Positions 56,401 to 64,000 of a stretch of DNA of 64,000 nt are shown here, in pieces; positions within the stretch are counted from its first letter, which is position 1, and each line of letters begins with the position of its first letter. The stretch covers positions 8,990,001 through 9,054,000 of the forward strand of contig OZ024740.1 of the NCBI GenBank assembly GCA_964016885.1, written 5' to 3'. The notes beneath the pieces were generated by a model that did no database searches, had not been told where the DNA came from, and worked only from the letters and a program-made list of their open reading frames with translations. A program made the position numbers and the translations under genes. The DNA comes from Eledone cirrhosa. Taxonomy: Eukaryota.

Positions 56401-58795
56401 ATGTGCGTTTCGATTATTATATCAGTTACTATTAGTATGTCACTTTCGATTGGTATGTTAGTTTCTATTGGTATGTCAGTTTCTATTAGTATATCAGCTT
56501 CTATTTGTATGTCAGTTTCCATTGGTATGTTAGTCCTCGATTTGTATGTCACTTTCTATTGGTATATCAGTTTCGATTGGTATGTCAGTTTCAATTAGTA
56601 TATCAGTTTCTATTGGTATGTCAGTTTCTATTGGTATATCAGTTTCGATTGGAATATCACTTTCGATTGGTATGTCAGTTTCTATTGGTATGTCAGTTTC
56701 GATTGGTATATCAGTTTCGATTGGTATATCAGTTTTATTGCTATATCAGTTTCTATTGGTATATCAGTTTCGATTGGTATGTCAGTTTCTATTGGTATAT
56801 CAGTTGCGATTGGTATGTCAGTTTCTATTGGTATGTGAGTTTCGATTATTATATCAGTTACTATTGGTATGTCAGTTTTGATTGGTATGTCAGTTTCGAT
56901 TGTTATGTCAGTGTCTATTGGTATATCAGTTTTGATTGGTATGTCAGTTTCTATTGGTATATCAGTTTCGTTTGGTATGTCAGTTTCGATTAGTATATCA
57001 GTTTCTATTGGTATGTCAATTTCGATTGGTATCTCAGTTTCGATTGGTATATCAGTTTCGAATGGTATTTCAATCTCGATTGGTATGTCAGTTTCGATTG
57101 GTATATCAGTTTCGATTAGTATGTCAGTTTCTATTGGTATATCAGTTTCGATTGGTATATCAGTTTCTATTGGTATGTCATTGGTATATCAGTTTTGATT
57201 GGTATGTCAGTTTCTATTGGTATATCAGTTTAGATTGGTATATCAGTTTCGATTGGTATGTCAGTTTCTATTGGTATATCAGTTTCTATTTGTATGTCCG
57301 TTTCGATTGGTATGTCAGTTACTATAGGTATATCAGTTTCGATTGGTATGTTAGGTTCTATTGGTATGTCAGTTTCGATTAGTATATCAGTATCTATTGG
57401 TATGTCAGTTTTGATTGGTATGTTCGTCCTCGAGTTGTATGTCAGTTTCTATTGGTATATCAGTTTCGATTGCTACGTCAGTTTCGATTGCTATGTCAGT
57501 CACTATTGGTTTATCAGTTTCGATTGGTATATCAGTTTCGATTGGTATATCAGTTTCAATTGGTATGTCATTTTTGATTGGTATATCAGTTTCTATTGGT
57601 ATATCAGATTCGATTGGTATGTCTATATCTATTGGTATGTCAGTTTCGAGGAGTATATCAGTTTCTATTGGTATGTCAGTCTCTATTGGTATGTCATTTT
57701 CGATTGGTATATCAGTTTCGATTAGTATGTCAGTTTCTATTGGTATATCAGTTTCGTTTGGTATATCAGTTTCTATTGGTATGTCATTGGTATATCAGTT
57801 TCGATTGGTATATCAGTTTCGATTGGTATATCAGTTTCTATTGCTATATCAGTTTCTATTAGTATATCAGTTTCGATTGGTATGTCAGTTTCGATTAGTA
57901 TATCATTTTCGAATGGTCTTTCAATCTCGATTGGTATATCAGTTTCGATTGGTATATCAGTTTCGATTGGTATGTCAGTTTCTATTGGTATGTCAGTTTC
58001 GATTGGTATATCAGTTTCGATTGGTATATCAGTTTCTATTGCTATATCAGTTTCGAATGGTCTTTCAATCTCAATTGGTATGTCAGTTTCGATTGGTATA
58101 TCAGTTTCGATTAGTATGTCAGTTTCTATTGGTATATCAGTTTCGTTTGGTATATCAGTTTCTATTGGTATGTCATTGGTATATCAGTTTCGATTGGTAT
58201 GTCAGTTTCTATTGGTATATCAGCTTCGATTGGTATGTCAGTTTCGATTGGTATATCAGTTTCGATTGGAATATCAGTTTCGATTGGTATGTAAGTTTCT
58301 ATTGGTATGTCAGTTTCGATTGGTATATCAGTTTCGATTGGTATATCAGTTTCGATTGGTATATCAGTTTCTATTGCTATATCAGTTTCTATTAGTATAT
58401 CAGTTTCGATTGGTATGTCAGTTTCTATTGGTATATCAGTTGCGCTTCGTATGTCAATTTCTATTGGTATGTGCGTTTCGATTATTATATCAGTTACTAT
58501 TAATATGTCACTTTCGATTGGTATGTTAGTTTCTATTGGTATGTCAGTTTCTATTAGTATATCAGCTTCTATTTGTATGTCAGTTTACATTGGTATGTTA
58601 GTCCTCGATTTGTATGTCACTTTCTATTGGTATATCAGTTTCGATTGGTATGTCAGTTTCAATTAGTATATCAGTTTCTATTGGTATGTCAGTTTCTATT
58701 GGTATATCAGTTTCGATTGGTATATCAGTTTCGATTGGTATGTCAGTTTCTATTGGTATGTCAGTTTCGATTGGTATATCAGTTTCGATTGGTAT

Positions 58796-59902
58796 CATCA
58801 TCATCATCATCATCACCGTTTTACGTCCGTTCTTCCACGCTAGCATGGGTTAGACGGGTTGTCCTGTTGTGGGCAGTGTCTGGTCGGCTGACCATGCCTT
58901 GCTCATACAGGAACTGATCTGGCTTGATTTCTACAGCTGGATGCCCTTCCTAACACCAACCTCATTTACAGTGAGTGCTGGGTGCTTTTTCGTGGCGCCT
59001 ACACGTCCACTTTACAGTGTGGGCTGGGTGCTTTTTTGCCGTGGCACCTCCACGACCACCTTGCGGTGGGGGGGGGGCATATTGTTTATATGCTTCAGCA
59101 TGTACCCATGGGAGGTCGGGTACCCTGTATTACTGCGTGACGCCAGAAGTCACGGTCGTGTGTCATTGACTTTGAGAGGTGTAGTTGGGTAAGGTCGGCT
59201 TTTATCACCTCATCCCAAGTCATCTTGGGTCTCCCCACTCCGCGGTTTCCATCAACTTCTAGTGCTCTGCACCTTTTTATGCAGCTGTCATCCTTCATAC
59301 GCATCACATGTCCATACCAGCGTAACCGCCTCTCCTGCACGCAGCATTTGATTCCTCTTATGCTCAGTCTCTCTCTCAATTCATTTATGCTTTGTCGTTC
59401 ACGTATATTACTGTTACACATCCATCGGAGCATGCAGGCTTCGTTTCTCTCTAATCTACGTAAGTCTTCCACCTTCAGCGCCCAGGTCTCACAACCATGC
59501 AACATCGCTGTTCGGATACACGCATCATACAGTCTGCCTTTCATTCTGAGGGAGAAGCCTTTTGCAGCTAGCACTGGTAGTAGTTCCCTAAACTTCTTCC
59601 ATCCCGTTCTTACCCTAGTTATTGTACTTTCTGAGCACCCACCTCCGTTGCTAATTCGGTCACCTAGGTAGCAGAAGCTGTCTACTGTTTCTACAGGGCC
59701 CTCCCAGAGATTGGTGGTACTTGTTTCCTGTGGCTGTTTGCTTGTTGTTTCAGCACAGCTGCTGCATGTGTATCCTACATTCTTAATTAAGCTTCCTGAG
59801 ATCCCACTACATCTCTTGTGTACCCATTGTTTGCATTTGGGGCAAAGAATGGAGTTCCTACCTACACCTTTCCTACATACTGAGCAAGGCCATTTCCCTG
59901 AG
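58796..59902 (-). mobile_element. Duplicate of the 43695-44801 RTE LINE, produced by the 15.1-kb duplication
   Basis: Same truncation point, tail length, TSD (GGTAT) and flanks, at offset 15101. Confidence 0.95.
59095..59901 (-). pseudogene. Second copy of the 268-aa PHD-RT C-terminal fragment (HGCETW instead of HGSETW)
   Basis: Matches 43994-44800 apart from T>A at 59493 (S>C), the only difference noticed. Confidence 0.9.
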
Positions 59903-62117
59903 GGTATATCAGTTTCTATTGCTATATCAGTTTCGAATGGTCTTTCAATCTCAATTGGTATGTCAGTTTCGATTGGTATATCAGTTTCGATTAGTATGTC
60001 AGTTTCTATTGGTATATCAGTTTCGTTTGGTATATCAGTTTCTATTGGTATGTCATTGGTATATTAGTTTCGATTGGTATGTCAGTTTCTATTGGTATAT
60101 CAGCTTCGATTGGTATGTCAGTTTCGATTGGTATATCAGTTTCGATTGGAATATCAGTTTCGATTGGTATGTAAGTTTCTATTTGTATGTCAGTTTCGAT
60201 TGGTATATCAGTTTCGATTGGTATATCAGTTTCTATTGCTATATCAGTTTCTATTGGTATATCAGTTTTGATTGGTATATCAGTTTCTATTGGTATATCA
60301 GTTGCGATTGGTATGTCAGTTTCGATTGTTATGTCAGTGTATATTGGTATATCAGTTTTGATTGGTATGTCAGTTTCTATTGGTATATCACTTTCGTTTG
60401 GTATGTCAGTTTCGATTAGTATATCAGTTTCTATTGGTATGTCAATTTCGATTGGTATGTCAGTTTCGATTGGTATATCAGTTTCGAATGGTATTTCAAT
60501 CTCGATTGGTATGTCAGTTTCGATTGGTATATCAGTTTCGATTAGTATGTCAGTTTCTATTGGTATATCAGTTTCGTTTGGTATATCAGTTTGTATTGGT
60601 ATGTCATTGGTATATCAGTTTCGATTGGTATGTCAGTTTCTATTGGTATATCAGCTTCGATTGCTATGTCAGTTTCTATTGGTATATCAGTTGCGATTGG
60701 TATGTGAGTTTCGATTATTATATCAGTTACTATTGGTATGTGAGTTTTGATTGGTATGTCAGTTTCGATTGTTATGTCAGTGTCTATTGGTATATCAGTT
60801 TCGATTGGTATGTCAGTTTCGATAGTATATCAGTTTCTATTGGTATGTCAGTTTCGATTGGTATATCAGTTTCGATTTGTATGTCAGTTTCTATTCGTAT
60901 ATCAGTTTCGATTGGTATATCAGTTTCGATTGGTATGTCATTGGTATATCAGTTTCGATTGGTATGTCAGTTTCTATTGGTATATCAGTTTCTATTTGTA
61001 TGTCCGTTTCGATTGGTATGTCAGTTACTATAGGTATATCAGTTTCGATTGGTATGTCAGTTTCTATTGGTATATCAGTTTCAATTGGTATATCAGTTTC
61101 TATTGTTATATCAGTTTCTATTAGTATATCAGTTTCTATTGATATGTCAGTCTCTATTGGTATATCAGTTTCGATTGGTATGTCAGTTTCGATTGGTACG
61201 TCAGTTTCGATTGGTATATCAGTTTCTATTGGTATATCAGTTTCGATTGCTATGTCAGTTTCGATTGCTATGTCAGTCTCTATTGGTTTATCAGTTTCGA
61301 TTGGTATATCAGTTTCTATTGGTATGTTAGTTTCTATTGGTATGTCAGTTTCGATTAGTATATCAGTTTCTATTGGTATATCAGTTTCGATTGGTATGTC
61401 AGTTTCGATTAGTATATCAGTTACTATTTGTATGTCAGTTTCGATTGGTATATCAGTTTCAATTGGTATGTCATTTTTGATTGGTATATCAGTTTCTATT
61501 GGTATATCAGTTTCGATTGGTATGTCAATTTCGATTGGTATGTCAGTTTCTATTGGTATGTCAGTTTCGATTGGTATGTCAGTTTCTATTGGTATATCAG
61601 TTTCTATTGGTATGTCAGTTGCTATTGTTATATCAGTTTCGATTGGTATATCAGTTTCGATTGTTATGTCAATTTCGATTGTTATGTCAGTTTCGATTGG
61701 TATATCAGATTCGACTGATATATCACTTTCTATTGATATATCAGTTTCTATTGGTATGTCAGTTTCAATTGGTATGTCAGTTTCGATTGGTATATCAGTT
61801 TAGAGTGGTATTTCAATCTCGATTGGTATGTCAGTTTCGATTGGTATATCAGTTACAATTGGTATAACAGTTTCAATTGGTATGTCAGTTTCTATTGGTA
61901 TGTCAGTTTCGATTGGTATGTCAATTTCGATTGGTATATCAGTTTCTATTGCTATATCAGTTTCTATGGTATATCAGTTTCGATTGGTATGTCAGTTTCT
62001 ATTGTTATGTGAGTTTCGATTATTATATCAGTTACTATTGGTATGTCAGTTTCGATTGGTATGTCAGTCTCGATTGTTATGTCAGTGTCTATTGGTATAT
62101 AAGTTTCGTTTGGTATG

Positions 62118-62505
62118 CCTCTCAAAGTCAATGACACACGACCGTGACTTCTGGCGTCACGCAGTAATACAGGGTACCCGACCTCCCATGGGTACATGCT
62201 GAAGCATATAAACAATATGCCCCCACTCCCCCCACCGCAAGGTGGTCGTGGAGGTGACACAGCAAAAAAGCACCCAGCCCACACTGTAAACAGGACGTGT
62301 AGGCGCCACGAGAAAGCACCCAGCACACACTGTAAATGAGGTTGGTGTTAGGAAGGGTATCCAGCTGTAGAAATCAAGCCAGATCAGTTCCTGTATGAGC
62401 AAGGCATGGCCAGCCGACCAGACACTGCCCACAACAGGACAACCCGTCTAACCCATGCTAGCGTGGAAGAACGGACGTAAAACAGTGATGATGGTGATGA
62501 TGATG
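62118..62505 (+). mobile_element. Duplicate of the 47017-47404 LINE 3' fragment
   Basis: Same sequence, including the ATGGTGATG tail variant, and same flanks at offset 15101. Confidence 0.94.
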
Positions 62506-64000
62506 ATGTCAGTTTCGATTAGTATATCAGTTTCTATTGGTATGTCAATTTCGATTGGTATGTCAGTTTCGATTGGTATATCAGTTTCGAATGGTATTTC
62601 AATCTCGATTGGTATGTCAGTTTCGATTGGTATATCAGTTTCGATTAGTATGTCAGTTTCTATTGGTATATCAGTTTCGTGTGGTATATCAGTTTCTATT
62701 GGTATTTCTTTGGTATATCAGTTTCGATTGGTATGTCATTTTCTATTGGTATATCAGCTTCGATTGGTATATCAGTTTCAATTGGAATATCAGTTTCGAT
62801 TGGTATGTCACTTTCTATTGGTATGTCAGTTTCGATTGGTATATCAGTTTCGATTGGTATATCAGTTTCTATTGCTATGTCAGTTTCTATTAGTATATCA
62901 GTTTCGGTTGGTATGTCAATTTCTATTGGTATATCAGTTGCGATTGGTATGTCACTTTCGATTGGTATGTCAGTTTCAATTGTTATGTCAGTGTCTATTG
63001 GTATATCAGTTTCGATTGGTATGTCAGTTTCTATTGGTATATCAGTTTCGTTTGGTATGTCAGTTTTGATTGGTATGTTAGTCCTCGAGTTGTATGGTAG
63101 TTTCTATTGGTATATCAGTTTCGATTGGTATGTCAGTTTCGATTAGTATATCAGTTTCTATTGGTATGTCAGTTTCTATTGGTATATCAGTTTCGATTGG
63201 TATATCAGTTTCGATTGGTATGTCAACTTTGATTGGTATGTCAGTTTTGATTGGTATATCAGATTCGACTGGTATATCACTTTCTATTTATATATCAGTT
63301 TCTATTGGTATGTCAGTTTCAATTGGTATGTCAGTTTCTATTGGTATATCAGTTTTGATTGGTATGTCAGTTTCTATTGGTATGTCAGTTTCTATTAGTA
63401 TATCAGTTTCTATTGATAAGTCAGTCTCTATTGGTATATCAGTTTCGAATGGTATTTCAGTTTCGATTGGTATATCACTTTCGATTGTTATGTCAGTTTC
63501 AATTGGTATATCAGTTTCTATTGGTATATCAGTTTCGTTTGGTATGTCAGTTTCGATTGGTATGTTAGTCCTCGAGTTGTATGGTAGTTTCTATTGGTAT
63601 ATCAGTTTCGATTGGTATGTCAGTTTCTATTGGTATATCAGTTTCGATTGGAATATCAGTTTCGATTGGTATGTCATGATCTATTGGTATGTCAGTTTCG
63701 ATTGGTATATCAGTTTCGATTGGTATATCAGTTTCTATTGCTATATCAGTTTCTATTGGTATATCAGTTTCGATAGGTATGTCAGTTTCTATTGGTATAT
63801 CAGTTGCGATTGGTATGTCAGTTTCTATTGGTATGTGAATTTCGATTATTATATCAGTTACTATTGGTATGTCAGTTTCGATTGGTATGTCAGTTTCGAT
63901 TGTTATGTCAGTGTCTATTGGTATATCAGTTTCGATTGGTATGTCAGTTTCTATTGGTATATCAATTTCGATTGGTATTTCAGTTTCGATTGGTATATCA

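Larger units (their letters stand above)
32706..62914. repeat. 15,101-bp tandem duplication (32706-47813 and 47807-62914) including two LINE insertions
   Basis: ORFs from 32724 to 47436 recur at +15101. The junction lies within shared TTGGTAT (32706-32712, 47807-47813, 62908-62914). Differences seen at 38964/54065 (A/G) and 44392/59493 (T/A). Confidence 0.95.
1..64000. repeat. 18-bp tandem satellite array, consensus ATTGGTAT(A/G)TCAGTTTC(G/T), single orientation, interrupted by six retroelement insertions and running off both window ends
   Basis: 18-nt periodicity is visible throughout. Translations give hexapeptide repeats (ISVSIG/MSVSIG, LVYQFR, WYISFD on +; IETDIP on -). Recurrent variants include a 19-nt ATTGGTATGTTAGTCCTCG, an 11-nt ATTGGTATGTC and a +T CAGTTTTCG monomer. 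Confidence 0.99.

Noticed and set aside
58796-62505. Two additional independent retrotransposition events
   Set aside because: Truncation points, tails, TSDs and flanks are the same at a fixed 15101 offset, so these are duplication products.
1-64000. Hundreds of ORFs of the types MSVSIG, LVYQFR, WYISFD and IETDIP as protein-coding genes
   Set aside because: They follow from an 18-bp unit that lacks stops in four frames. They overlap in several frames, have no unique domains, and are broken by amplified frameshift and stop variants.
1-64000. CRISPR array
   Set aside because: Monomers abut directly with no unique spacers, there are no cas genes, and the context is eukaryotic retroelements.

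Overview
This window is eukaryotic satellite DNA, not a gene region. About 94% is a head-to-tail array of an 18-bp monomer (consensus ATTGGTATRTCAGTTTCK), and nearly all ORFs in the track are by-products of it. Six non-LTR retroelement insertions, from four independent events, interrupt the array. They are a 3'-UTR fragment of a diverged RTE-type element (6804-7175), a complete tRNA-head/CORE/RTE-tail SINE (15353-15695), a 1.1-kb 5'-truncated RTE-clade LINE (43695-44801, copy at 58796-59902) and a short 3' fragment of that LINE family (47017-47404, copy at 62118-62505). All have (ATG)n tails, short target-site duplications and a shared 3' stem-loop, and all join the satellite at T^AT in the same part of the monomer. 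The LINE frame is open for 268 aa, longer than the track shows, and carries an intact C4HC3 PHD finger just before the reverse-transcriptase 'YLG' motif. The array also shows a ~2.2-kb higher-order repeat plus overlapping 5,403-bp and 15,101-bp tandem duplications. The monomer's two major polymorphic positions are both synonymous in the minus-strand IETDIP frame. The element types suggest an octopus/cephalopod genome (inference, not verified).
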